Shown here in pieces: positions 19,783 to 28,611 of a stretch of DNA of 64,000 bases. The stretch's first letter is position 1. Each line of letters starts with the position of its first letter. The DNA comes from Obrimoposthia wandeli (lineage: Eukaryota): contig CDROCS010002866.1 in assembly GCA_977020255.1 (NCBI GenBank), positions 62,001 to 126,000 of the forward strand. Reading direction: 5' to 3'. A program made the position numbers and the translations under genes. A model generated the notes under the pieces. It saw only the letters and a list, made by a program, of their open reading frames with translations. It had not been told where the DNA came from and ran no database searches.

Positions 19783-20629
19783 TGATAATTCTCATTTCTT
19801 CTTCTTTGGTTTTATCATTAAAACGCGCAACGCATTTTAATACATGATCAAGTAAATGACTGATCTCATTAAATTGACAACTTTCATCACGATTCCCCTG
19901 TACTGACAATACTTGTGGCCTTGCCAGTAGTAGCACGTCTACCTGTAGTATTCTGGCGGCTTCTAACTTGGCGTAAGTTGCCTCACCGCCCGCATTTTTA
20001 GACACAACTACATCCACTTGTAAATCGGTCAACAAAGCTAATTCATCTGCTAGGTTAAATGGCCCTATCGCTTTGATCCATTGTACATTTTCAGCTAAAT
20101 CAGCTCTTGGCGGTGCCGCCGTGCGATACACAACTTGTGAACAGCGCGCGGCTAAAATATCTAACTGAGTTTGACTTAATTGCCCAGTACTTATAAAGGG
20201 CTTTTGATAGCTAGTGCAACTTTCAAGTAATTGCGACCAAGAGCTTAATTCTTGCCAGTTATCAGCAGCTGTTGGTTGCCATGCTGGTCTCACAAAGCGC
20301 CAGTAATACTTACCCAATTGTTGACAACTGCTATTCGCTTGTTCACTCATCTTAATAGCATAAGGATGTGTAGCATCAAGCACTGCATCTATTTTTTGTT
20401 CATTTAAATAATGAGCTAATCCGCCTAACTGACTAAAACCACCACTAATAACGGCACAGTTTAAATTAGGCTTTCTAACTAACCCCGCTATTGAATAGAT
20501 AATTTCAAACGGTTCTCTATCACAACCTAACTCACCGCTATCATCTTCATTCTTAAAAGCAGTGTTTTCTAACAATGCTGAGGTGATTTTTCGAGCATCA
20601 CTGGTGCCACCCAAGACTAATAATTTCAT
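19772..20629 (-). CDS. cobK: Precorrin-6A reductase (CobK/CbiJ)
   Basis: LVLGGTSDA, SGGF, DATHPYA, GPF and SKNAGG motifs. Confidence 0.95.
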   Translation of the reverse strand: MKLLVLGGTSDARKITSALLENTAFKNEDDSGELGCDREPFEIIYSIAGLVRKPNLNCAVISGGFSQLGGLAHYLNEQKIDAVLDATHPYAIKMSEQANSSCQQLGKYYWRFVRPAWQPTAADNWQELSSWSQLLESCTSYQKPFISTGQLSQTQLDILAARCSQVVYRTAAPPRADLAENVQWIKAIGPFNLADELALLTDLQVDVVVSKNAGGEATYAKLEAARILQVDVLLLARPQVLSVQGNRDESCQFNEISHLLDHVLKCVARFNDKTKEEEMRIISDL

Positions 20630-21867
20630 CGAGGCAACTTCTCTTGAGAATTGCCTACAACTAACTGATCAGGAAAACTAGCAATCATTTCTCCTTGACG
20701 GTTAATTGCAAAAACTTCTACTTCAACGCCACTCGCCACTATTTTTTGTGCTTGTAACTGTGCTAACTTACAAATCATATTCGCTAATTCTAAGCCTGCC
20801 GCAGTGCATTTTTGTAACACTTCTATGCTGGTATTGGCTGCTAATATTTCAGCTAGTAACTGCTGTTGATCTTGATTTTGTTGATGCTTTTGTTTCTGCT
20901 GAGGCTCTTGTTTTTCTAGATCTAAATGCTGATTACTCAAACGCGGTTCAACATTAGCTTGTGCTTGTAACTGTCGCGCGCAATCGGCTAAAAACTCGAA
21001 ATCAATACTACTCTTACGACTGTTTAAATCTAATTCGCCCTGTGCCAATTTGGTCATTTTTCCAAAGCCGCCACAAATGCTGAGCTTACTAACTTGCCCT
21101 TTCTTAAGATGCTTCAGTAGTGCACCTACAAAATCACCCATTTCAATCAATGCGGTATCAGCCAGCTGATAGTACGCTTTAATCGCGGCTTCAGAGCTAC
21201 TGCCAGTGGACGCTGCTATATGGCTAATATTATTGCTTGCAGCAACGTCTACGCCTTGGCGAATAGAGGCAATGTACGCAGCACAGGAGTATGGTCGCAC
21301 TATACCGGTGGTACCTAAAATGGATAATCCGCCGAGAATACCTAAGCGCCCATTCATGGTCTTTTCAGCAATTTGTTCACCATCAACCACGCCAACAGAT
21401 ATTTCAAAACCGCCCAGATATTGATGCGTTTTGGCGTAATTTTCTAAGTGCTCTGTCATCATTTTTCGCGGCACCGGATTAATGGCCGGTTCGCCAACTG
21501 CCAGCAACAATCCTGTTTTTGTAACTGTACCCACGCCCTTTGCCGCTTTAAAGGAAATGCCAACCACTGAGGTTAAGCGCAATTGTACGAATAATGTTGC
21601 CCCGTGCGTTGCGTCAGGATCATCACCTGCATCTTTAATCGTTGCAACCTGTACGCCTTTAGATAACGGCTGATCATCTTTCAATAGTTGGTAATCAATA
21701 ATATCCAGCGTGACAACTTTGCCTCGCGGTAGTGTAATTTCAACGCTTTTCGGATATTTTTTGGCGAACAACACCTGACAAGCAGCCACGCAGCAAGCAG
21801 TGGCGCAGCTTCCAGTGGTTAAACCACTGCGCAAAGGCACTACTGTTTCACTGCTTTCTTGCCACAT
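20626..21867 (-). CDS. cbiD: Cobalt-precorrin-5B C1-methyltransferase
   Basis: LRSGLTTGSCATA, KDAGDDPDATHG, GEPAINPVPR and T-NGRLGILGGLSILGTTGIVRP motifs. Confidence 0.97.
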   Translation of the reverse strand: MWQESSETVVPLRSGLTTGSCATACCVAACQVLFAKKYPKSVEITLPRGKVVTLDIIDYQLLKDDQPLSKGVQVATIKDAGDDPDATHGATLFVQLRLTSVVGISFKAAKGVGTVTKTGLLLAVGEPAINPVPRKMMTEHLENYAKTHQYLGGFEISVGVVDGEQIAEKTMNGRLGILGGLSILGTTGIVRPYSCAAYIASIRQGVDVAASNNISHIAASTGSSSEAAIKAYYQLADTALIEMGDFVGALLKHLKKGQVSKLSICGGFGKMTKLAQGELDLNSRKSSIDFEFLADCARQLQAQANVEPRLSNQHLDLEKQEPQQKQKHQQNQDQQQLLAEILAANTSIEVLQKCTAAGLELANMICKLAQLQAQKIVASGVEVEVFAINRQGEMIASFPDQLVVGNSQEKLPR

Positions 21868-21904
21868 TTACTAATTACCTATCTATTATTTTCATATTTT
21901 TTTA

Positions 21905-21939
21905 TGGTTAAAATAGCGCTTGAACCGCTATTTTAACCA
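21905..21939. other. Perfect 14-bp intra-operon stem-loop between cobB and cbiD
   Basis: TGGTTAAAATAGCG-CTTGAAC-CGCTATTTTAACCA. Confidence 0.7.
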
Positions 21940-21955
21940 GTGGTAGCAATCGCAA

Positions 21956-23347
21956 TTAGGCGCTTTGCTGCCAATTGCTAAGGTATTCATAATCGGGTTC
22001 AGCCAAATCACCGTTAAATATTTTTGCGATGGCTTCTGGGTTTGATGCGAAAAACAGATGCAAATAACTAGCGGTTAAATTCCCTTCACGATAAATACCT
22101 TCACCGGGAGCGGGGTGTCTTTGTCTGCGTCCGAAACCAATCGCGGGTGTAGTGCCACTGCTGCGTGACCTATGATGAGCATGGCCACGTACTTCCCCTT
22201 CAGGTAATACCGCGGTTTGCATTCCTTGACAGCCACGCTTACCTCTCATCCCGCCTTCGCCTTGCAAAATGCCTGCCATCGGAAAGTAAACCCCTTCTAA
22301 ATCGGTCAAGCCAGTCAAGCAATACAAAAAACCGCCACACTCCGCTAGGATGGGTTTTTGTTGTTGCTGAAATTGCTGAATTTGTATTTTCATCGCTTGG
22401 TTTTCTGACAAACCTTTACAGTGTAGTTCAGGGTATCCACCTGGTAGCCAAAGTGCATCTGCATCGGGAATTACTTGATCATGAAGCGGCGAAAAGTAAC
22501 ATAACTGTGCACCAAGACTTTCCAATATTTCTATATTCGCCTGATAGATAAAGCTAAAAGCCTGATCCTTAGCTACAGCTATAGTTTTTCCCAACAGCAG
22601 TTTTTGCGTAACAGGCGGGGCATCCGCAGCTTCAAAAACCACTGTGGCAGGTAATTCTAATAAAGCGTTCGACGTTCCAGCTCTTAGCACACCTTGTTCT
22701 AACCACTTACAGCCATTTTCAAAGCGCTCTTCTAATTCTTGTGTTACTTCACTGGCTTGCACTAACCCTAAATGACGCTCTGGAAGTGCAACATCAGGCT
22801 CTTTTGCAAGACAAGCAAGTAGCGGCAACTGACCTGATAATGCTTCGCGAATCAGCTGCGCATGTCTCTCAGTACTGCAGTTATTGGCAATTAGACCAGC
22901 ACACTGATAATCATCGCGAAAATTTGCAAGGCCTAAAGCAACCGCCGCTGCTGTTTGCGCCATGCCCTTTACGTCCATAACAATGGCAATAGGAATCCCA
23001 AATTTTGCCGCTAAATCGGCACTCGATGGCTCTCCATCAAAAAGCCCCATCGCCCCTTCAATCAAAATTAAATCAGCGCTTTTCGCGGCTTCAAATAACA
23101 TTTGTTTACAGTATTGCTCACCCGCCATCCATAGATCTAACTGCGCAGTTGGAGCATTTGAAGCTTGTGCTAAAATTTGTGGATCAAGGTAATCTGGCCC
23201 TGTTTTAAAAACGCTTACCTTTTTTCCTTGTAGGGTGAACCATCTTGCCAAGGCTGCTGTTACTGTGGTTTTGCCTTGCCCTGAGGCCGGTGCCGCTATA
23301 AAAAGTGCTGCGCAAGTCACGCTGTTTTCAATGCTTAAATCAGTCAT
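21956..23347 (-). CDS. cobB: Cobyrinate / hydrogenobyrinate a,c-diamide synthase (CobB/CbiA)
   Basis: SGQGKTT, FKTGPDYLD, IEGAMGLFDG, LPERHLGL, DQAFSFIY, PGGYPEL and AECGG motifs. Confidence 0.97.
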   Translation of the reverse strand: MTDLSIENSVTCAALFIAAPASGQGKTTVTAALARWFTLQGKKVSVFKTGPDYLDPQILAQASNAPTAQLDLWMAGEQYCKQMLFEAAKSADLILIEGAMGLFDGEPSSADLAAKFGIPIAIVMDVKGMAQTAAAVALGLANFRDDYQCAGLIANNCSTERHAQLIREALSGQLPLLACLAKEPDVALPERHLGLVQASEVTQELEERFENGCKWLEQGVLRAGTSNALLELPATVVFEAADAPPVTQKLLLGKTIAVAKDQAFSFIYQANIEILESLGAQLCYFSPLHDQVIPDADALWLPGGYPELHCKGLSENQAMKIQIQQFQQQQKPILAECGGFLYCLTGLTDLEGVYFPMAGILQGEGGMRGKRGCQGMQTAVLPEGEVRGHAHHRSRSSGTTPAIGFGRRQRHPAPGEGIYREGNLTASYLHLFFASNPEAIAKIFNGDLAEPDYEYLSNWQQSA

Positions 23348-23348
23348 T

Positions 23349-23936
23349 TTAATATTCTATCCCCGCCTGCGCTTTAACGCCTTGACGAAACGCGTGCTTT
23401 TCATCTTTTATCAAACTGATGGTATCAGCTATTTCTTCAAGTGCTGTCGGCATCATTCGCCCTGTAATCATCACTGACTGATCTTTGGGTCTATTTTGCA
23501 GCGCTTCTATAACGGGTGCCAGCGGCAGGTAGTCATATTTAAACATATAACTCATTTCATCGAACACTAGCATGTCGTAACTATCATCAGTCAAAAGCTT
23601 GGAAGCTAATTCCCATGCTTGCTGAGCTGCTGCTATATCTTGGCTTTTATCTTGTGTTTCCCAAGTGAACCCATGACCCATTACATGCCAATCAATTTGG
23701 GGGTGATCTTTAAAGAACTTGAATTCACCTGTTTCTAAGCGCCCTTTTACAAACTGTATCACTGCACAGCGCTTACCGTGACCAACACTACGGGCCATAG
23801 TACCTAGTGCCGAGCTGCTTTTACCTTTACCCGGACCTTTCAATAAAATTAACACGCCGCGCTCTTCAGTAGCTTTAGCAATGCGCTTATCGATAACCGA
23901 TTTTTTAGCTGCCATTTTCTCTTGATGTGTTTTCAT
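23349..23936 (-). CDS. cobO: Cob(I)yrinic acid a,c-diamide adenosyltransferase (CobO/BtuR)
   Basis: GKGKSSSA, QFVKG, GFTWETQ, FDE, ITGR and KHAFRQGVKAQAGIEY motifs. Confidence 0.97.
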   Translation of the reverse strand: MKTHQEKMAAKKSVIDKRIAKATEERGVLILLKGPGKGKSSSALGTMARSVGHGKRCAVIQFVKGRLETGEFKFFKDHPQIDWHVMGHGFTWETQDKSQDIAAAQQAWELASKLLTDDSYDMLVFDEMSYMFKYDYLPLAPVIEALQNRPKDQSVMITGRMMPTALEEIADTISLIKDEKHAFRQGVKAQAGIEY

Positions 23937-23955
23937 AATATTAATCCTTATGCTG

Positions 23956-25878
23956 TTAGCTCTGTAACAAATGGTAATAGGAAGCGCCTAGCTGCTGAGC
24001 AATTTCTTTACCGCGCCCTCGCTTGACTGCACTATTTTCTGTATCAATTAAAACGGTGGGAACATTGAGACTCATATCCATTACTTGTGCTTTAGAGCGT
24101 CCATCGGTAATTAGATAACAACGTACTGCTGTCTCTTTTTGGGTGCGCCGCAAAATACTTCGAGCTTGCTCTAACACCTTACGCAGTGGTGTGCCACCGC
24201 CAACATCAATATTATGCAAGGTGTCCACCAGCTCTTTAGGTGCTCGGACTTTAGCTAATACATCTTGTACGTTACTATTTCCAAAACCTAAAATTTGTAA
24301 AGTTTCGCGCTGTAAATAAGCCTGCTTGGAAATTGACAAAACACAGCTTTTTGCTCTTGCAGACAATTGATTAACTAGAGTGGAGGCTGATGTATCCAGT
24401 AAAACTAAATGCAAAACACTGGCGCGCTTTTGCGCTATTCGATAGTGAACATTTAGCTTTGGCCATTGATGAACACTTTTTAGCATGGTTGCAAACCAAT
24501 TAATTGATGGATTTGCGGTTAGCTCTTTTTTTTCAGTGGTGAGATCACTGCTCTGCAAAGAGGAGTGTGTATTTCCAGCTGTTTTAGCTTCACTGATATT
24601 CAGTAAGCTAGTCGTATTTTTAACACTCGATAGATCTGCCTGAGGAAACAAACTAGCTAGATCACCAGTCAATTGGGTATTTATCGTATTAATGGCTTCA
24701 CTTTTTTGCCCACCTAACATACTACCCCAATCACTATCTGCCTGGTTACCAGTGTCAGCATTTGTATGAGGACTATCAGATGCTGTTGATTGAGTTTGGG
24801 CAGGTTGATTTTGGGTAGTCTGGCTTTGAGTAGAATTCTTAGGCTTAGGTCGGGAAAAGGGATTGTTAGGAGGGCTACTGCTTGCGCAATTGTCGCCGTT
24901 ATCTAATTCAGTATTTTTATTACCTGAACCTTCGTTGGGTTTGTCTTCTGATTGGCTATCGTTGCTGTCATTATTATCATCGCAATCGTGGCTATTACGC
25001 TTTGGAGAGCCTTGTTTGCGTCTATGCACTAAAACGAGCTCTTCAACAGCGTCAATATCCAATACTTCTATTTGTATTGCTCCTCGCCAAGCAGCATGCG
25101 CTAAAGCCGCACGATACATGACAATATCAGCACGTAGCCCATCTACTGCTGCGTTTTGACAGCGCTGCGCAATATCTATGCGCAATTCATCAACACAATC
25201 TATTTTTGCTAATTGCTGGCGCGCTTTAATAATCTGTTCGCTTAATTGCTGCTGCTGTTGCTGATATTTTGCAAGAAACTGCTGAGGATCATTTTCAAAC
25301 GCTTCACGGCTTTTAACAATCGCAACACGCTGTTCAATAGTTAACTGATTATTAAGCACCACCATAAGACCAAAACGGTCTTTTAATTGCTCTCGCAATT
25401 CTCCCTCATCGGGATTCATGGTACCTATTAAGGAAAATTTACTGCTGTGTTGATGACTAATCCCATCTCGCTCTACTCGGTTAACACCACTGGCTGCTAC
25501 ATCTAACAACTGATCTGTTAAATGATCTGCTAATAAATTAACTTCATCCACATACAAAACCCCACCATCTACTTTGCTTAATAGCCCTGGCGAGAAATTT
25601 AACTTCTGCTTTTGCAGCACTTGCTCTATATCTAAAGTGCCCGTTAGCATTTCTAAACTGGTTGCTAAAGGCATCGTTATAAAGGGAATTGGTTGTGAAT
25701 TGATAGAGGGAAGTATACTTGCAAGCGCTCTGGCGAGAGTGGACTTGGCGCTTCCGCGCGGCCCACTGACTAGCACTCCACCAATTGTTGGATTAATGGC
25801 CGCTAAAATCAGAGCTTTCTTAAATTGTTGTTGACCTTGAACCGCACTAAAGGGAAAGTCAGCGTATGTATTTGACAT
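23956..25878 (-). CDS. Fused ChlI-like AAA+ / ChlD-like vWA chelatase subunit, putative CobN partner; start likely ATG 25878
   Basis: FPFSAVQGQ, GPRGSAKS Walker A, LYVDEVNLL Walker B, GTMNPDEGELR-QLKDRFGL, long S/N/Q linker, LLDTSAS MIDAS, GGGTPL and LITDGR. Confidence 0.9.
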   Translation of the reverse strand: MSNTYADFPFSAVQGQQQFKKALILAAINPTIGGVLVSGPRGSAKSTLARALASILPSINSQPIPFITMPLATSLEMLTGTLDIEQVLQKQKLNFSPGLLSKVDGGVLYVDEVNLLADHLTDQLLDVAASGVNRVERDGISHQHSSKFSLIGTMNPDEGELREQLKDRFGLMVVLNNQLTIEQRVAIVKSREAFENDPQQFLAKYQQQQQQLSEQIIKARQQLAKIDCVDELRIDIAQRCQNAAVDGLRADIVMYRAALAHAAWRGAIQIEVLDIDAVEELVLVHRRKQGSPKRNSHDCDDNNDSNDSQSEDKPNEGSGNKNTELDNGDNCASSSPPNNPFSRPKPKNSTQSQTTQNQPAQTQSTASDSPHTNADTGNQADSDWGSMLGGQKSEAINTINTQLTGDLASLFPQADLSSVKNTTSLLNISEAKTAGNTHSSLQSSDLTTEKKELTANPSINWFATMLKSVHQWPKLNVHYRIAQKRASVLHLVLLDTSASTLVNQLSARAKSCVLSISKQAYLQRETLQILGFGNSNVQDVLAKVRAPKELVDTLHNIDVGGGTPLRKVLEQARSILRRTQKETAVRCYLITDGRSKAQVMDMSLNVPTVLIDTENSAVKRGRGKEIAQQLGASYYHLLQS

Positions 25879-25923
25879 AAATAAATCCAAAACAAGCACC
25901 CACCGTGCTTTCTTAAAAACAAG

Positions 25924-26045
25924 AAATAAGGCCGGTTCCGGGCTAGAGTTTAATTTTCATCAAGCTCATTACCGTTGCGGGGGCAGCGCTGGAATATACA
26001 CCATACTTCCCGATTATCCACTCGCTAAAGCGGCACCTTAAATTT
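25924..26045 (-). ncRNA. Cobalamin riboswitch (B12 element) heading the cob cluster
   Basis: Minus strand reads AGGTGCC...AATCGGGAAGTATGGTGTATATTCCAGCGCTGCCCCCGCAACGGT...AGCCCGGAACCGGCCT: conserved GGGAA, GGTG-A-TCC and GCCCCCGCAAC elements. Confidence 0.92.
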
Positions 26046-26227
26046 AGCCCACAATGTAACTCACCCACTCCATCAGATACAAGTAATATGTTATCAGTAA
26101 TCCTAGATTGGTGATTTTGGGCATTTTAGTGAACTATTTTTATACTTAATTCTCACCTTAACCATTGAATAGCTCTTAATGTTGCTGTGTATTGATCAAC
26201 CACTGCCTTCTTTACTATACTACTGCT

Positions 26228-26764
26228 ATGGATAATTCTATTTTAAATGATGGCTCAACTCTTCCTTTATTTAAACAAGTCGTCAAAAAAACCAAGCAAG
26301 CTTCTATCGTCAGCCAAAATTCTGAGCAGGGCTTGGTGCTTAACGCTATTTTGGATTTAAATGGCAGCATTAGCCTGTCCCCTGAAAAGCAAATTATAGC
26401 GCGCCTAGATCACCTTTCTGTTGGCAGCATTAACGAAGACCAGCCACAAAACTCTGATATTTTAGCTTTACTGCTGGACCCCGAGGATATCAGCGCCTTG
26501 ATCGAATCTAATATTCAATTGAATAATCATGCCAACAATAAAGATATTCTATTTGCAGGCAAACAAGAAAGTACTATTTTAAAACTTGAAGATGTTTTGC
26601 ATGAAGATGACAGTTTGGATGAGTTATTACCCCCAAGCGCAGATCATTGGTATTTATATGGAGATGGGCGCATGATTGACAGGGCCATTACCAGCCCTAG
26701 TATCAAAGAAATTCACAATGAGTTATTACTCCAACAGTTACTTACCCAAAACTATACGGAATAA
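26228..26764 (+). CDS. Hypothetical acidic protein (ATG 26228; the ORF extends to TTG 26192)
   Basis: Long ORF with no overlapping gene; no recognised catalytic motif; LKLEDVL...LDELL...LLQQLL C-terminal region. Confidence 0.55.
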   Translation: MDNSILNDGSTLPLFKQVVKKTKQASIVSQNSEQGLVLNAILDLNGSISLSPEKQIIARLDHLSVGSINEDQPQNSDILALLLDPEDISALIESNIQLNNHANNKDILFAGKQESTILKLEDVLHEDDSLDELLPPSADHWYLYGDGRMIDRAITSPSIKEIHNELLLQQLLTQNYTE

Positions 26765-27030
26765 TGCAGGTAGTCGCTAATATGGCTTAGACGACTTATA
26801 AGCGATGCTGACTTATTGCTACTATCCTCTTCTCTTTGCTTGCTATTACTTCTACCTATTTTCTCAATTTTTTAATACAGTAAGAAATCACATGACAGCC
26901 ATACAGTTAAATTTTAATAATGAACTCCGCCCTAAGCTATAAAGTTGTTTGCCGTTTTCAACTAACTGATGATTAAGCGATATGTGGTTAATTCTGCTAG
27001 ATTTTAGCAAATGATTTTCTTTTTAATGTC

Positions 27031-27240
27031 TAAAATCAAAATATTAAAAGCGGTTTCGACTACGTCGAGTTCATTTCTTTTGCATGGCCAAAAGAAACAG
27101 AACCAAAGAAAAGGCCACCCAAGATTACCGAATGATTCCTATACTATTCACTAAATTGACGGCGGTAATCTGATGGGATTCTTTTTGGCCCGCTGCCATA
27201 ATGACTATCAGCCTAAAGTAAATCTGATTACGCTTATTAA
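27031..27240 (-). repeat. Truncated terminal cassette, paralogue of the ORF-less first cassette (no attC found downstream)
   Basis: 27051-27120 matches 34424-34493 at 66/70 nt by eye; begins with the same G|TTAATA core as cassette 1. Confidence 0.75.
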
Positions 27241-27333
27241 CGCCTCACTAAGAGGCAAATAATAGTTGGTTAAAATAAGCGACGAAGGAGAAAAACCAAC
27301 TGTTATTTGCCCTTCTTGAGTGACTTGTTATAT
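27235..27333 (-). other. attC of the parDE cassette
   Basis: Top (minus) strand ATATAAC-AAGTC-ACT[C]AAGA...TCTTAGT-GAGGC-GTTAATA, with the extra base in L''. Confidence 0.92.
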
Positions 27334-27382
27334 TTTTTATACCATAATATATTATATATAGGTACTTACGAGGTTTTAACTT

Positions 27383-27622
27383 ATGGCTAAAAACACAAGT
27401 GTTACACTAGGTGATCATTTTGATCAATTTATAAACCAACAACTTAATACTGGACGTTATGGCTCAGCAAGCGAAATTGTTAGAGCGGGATTAAGAGCTT
27501 TAGAAGATCAAGAAGCTAAGCTTTTAAACTTACGCAATATGCTAATCCAAGGCGAACAAAGCGGTGCTGCCGAATACAGCTATGAAGGCTTATTGTCTGA
27601 ATTAGATAAAGATAACCATTAA
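27383..27622 (+). CDS. parD: ParD-like RHH antitoxin (CC2985 type), cassette-borne, antisense to the array
   Basis: NTSVTLGDHFDQFI...GRYGSASEIVRAGLRALE; stop codon overlaps the toxin start (TAATG). Confidence 0.9.
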   Translation: MAKNTSVTLGDHFDQFINQQLNTGRYGSASEIVRAGLRALEDQEAKLLNLRNMLIQGEQSGAAEYSYEGLLSELDKDNH

Positions 27623-27915
27623 TGAATAAGTTTGTATTATCTTCGAAAGCCAAAACAGACTTAATTAAAATAGCTAAATATACTCAAATAACTTGGGGAC
27701 TTTCTCAGCGGAATGATTACTTAAAGGTATTGGATAATACGTTTAACTTATTAGCTGATGATCCAGGCCTAGGTATTAACTGTGATTACATTAGAGAAGG
27801 TTACAGTAAATACCCACAAGCCAGTCATGTAATTTATTACAAAGAAAATAAAAGCAACCAAATCTTTATAGTAAGAATATTATATAAAAGTATGGATGTT
27901 AACTCCGCACTCTAG
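27622..27915 (+). CDS. parE: ParE/RelE-family toxin
   Basis: LSSKAKTDL-KIAKYT-TWG, LADDPGLG, SHVIYYK and IVRILYKSMD motifs. Confidence 0.9.
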   Translation: MNKFVLSSKAKTDLIKIAKYTQITWGLSQRNDYLKVLDNTFNLLADDPGLGINCDYIREGYSKYPQASHVIYYKENKSNQIFIVRILYKSMDVNSAL

Positions 27916-27919
27916 AAAA

Positions 27920-27994
27920 ATATAACGCTTTGCACACGGGCGCGTGAAACGCGTCCGAGCCCCGTAGGGGCAGAAGCCCTGCAACTTGTTAGCT
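27920..27994 (-). other. attC, short family (GGCGCGTGAAACGCGTCC core)
   Basis: R'' AGCTAAC and R' GTTATAT; the latter complements R'' ATATAAC at 27327-27333. Confidence 0.9.
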
Positions 27995-28009
27995 CTGACT
28001 GAATAATAA

Positions 28010-28384
28010 CTATCGCGCCTTTAACCTTTCGCACAGTTCGTGGATGATGCTATCAAGCCTTTTACTTGACAATGACTTTAATGGAAATTTCAAAGTTGTA
28101 TCAATGATATTTGAACTATCATTAAACATTTCTATAACTTGTTTCTTTGTCCATTTTTTTGATAAGAATCCAGGAGACAACGCGTAATGACACATAGAAT
28201 ACCAAAACTCATTACCTGTTGAATCAATGACTTTTACAATTTCTTTGTCTTCAATTGGTATCGCATTAACGCAACCTTTTGCCAACTGCTTAAAATTGAA
28301 TGCTGAATACAATTGGTCACCCGACAGTATAATGACCGGGTAAATTGGTTTTCTTAGTATTATTCGAAAATCTACTTCACTCAT
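28010..28384 (-). CDS. Cassette hypothetical protein (124 aa)
   Basis: Single ORF fills the cassette bounded by the AGCTAAC/GTTAGCT pair. Confidence 0.75.
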   Translation of the reverse strand: MSEVDFRIILRKPIYPVIILSGDQLYSAFNFKQLAKGCVNAIPIEDKEIVKVIDSTGNEFWYSMCHYALSPGFLSKKWTKKQVIEMFNDSSNIIDTTLKFPLKSLSSKRLDSIIHELCERLKAR

Positions 28385-28418
28385 TTTCTGATTATGCTCG
28401 ATATGTGAGGGTTTATGG

Positions 28419-28510
28419 AGCTAACGCCGCATTAAGCTGATAAAAATGGTTGGTTATAATCGCGGAGCGATGCCCAACTGTTTTTATTCCGTTTAAGCAA
28501 CTTGTTGAAC
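28419..28510 (-). other. attC whose R'' box is the insertion point of the recombinase-HUH element
   Basis: GTTCAAC-AAGTT-GCTTAAAC...GCTTAAT-GCGGC-GTTAGCT. Confidence 0.88.
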
Positions 28511-28611
28511 GAAGCCGCTATGCGGCAGAAAAAACAGCAACTCTCCAGCCTTTAAGCGCACCCTATCTATGAGGTAATCAATTTTGATTATCAAACATAG
28601 GAGGGTTCCTC

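Noticed and set aside
497-25834. Numerous 60-150 aa ORFs antisense to or inside cob genes
   Set aside because: They fully overlap well-supported genes and have no motifs or RBS; shadow ORFs.
23956-25899. Magnesium chelatase / photosynthesis call
   Set aside because: No chlH/bch genes are present, and the context (cobN, B12 riboswitch) points to cobalt chelation.
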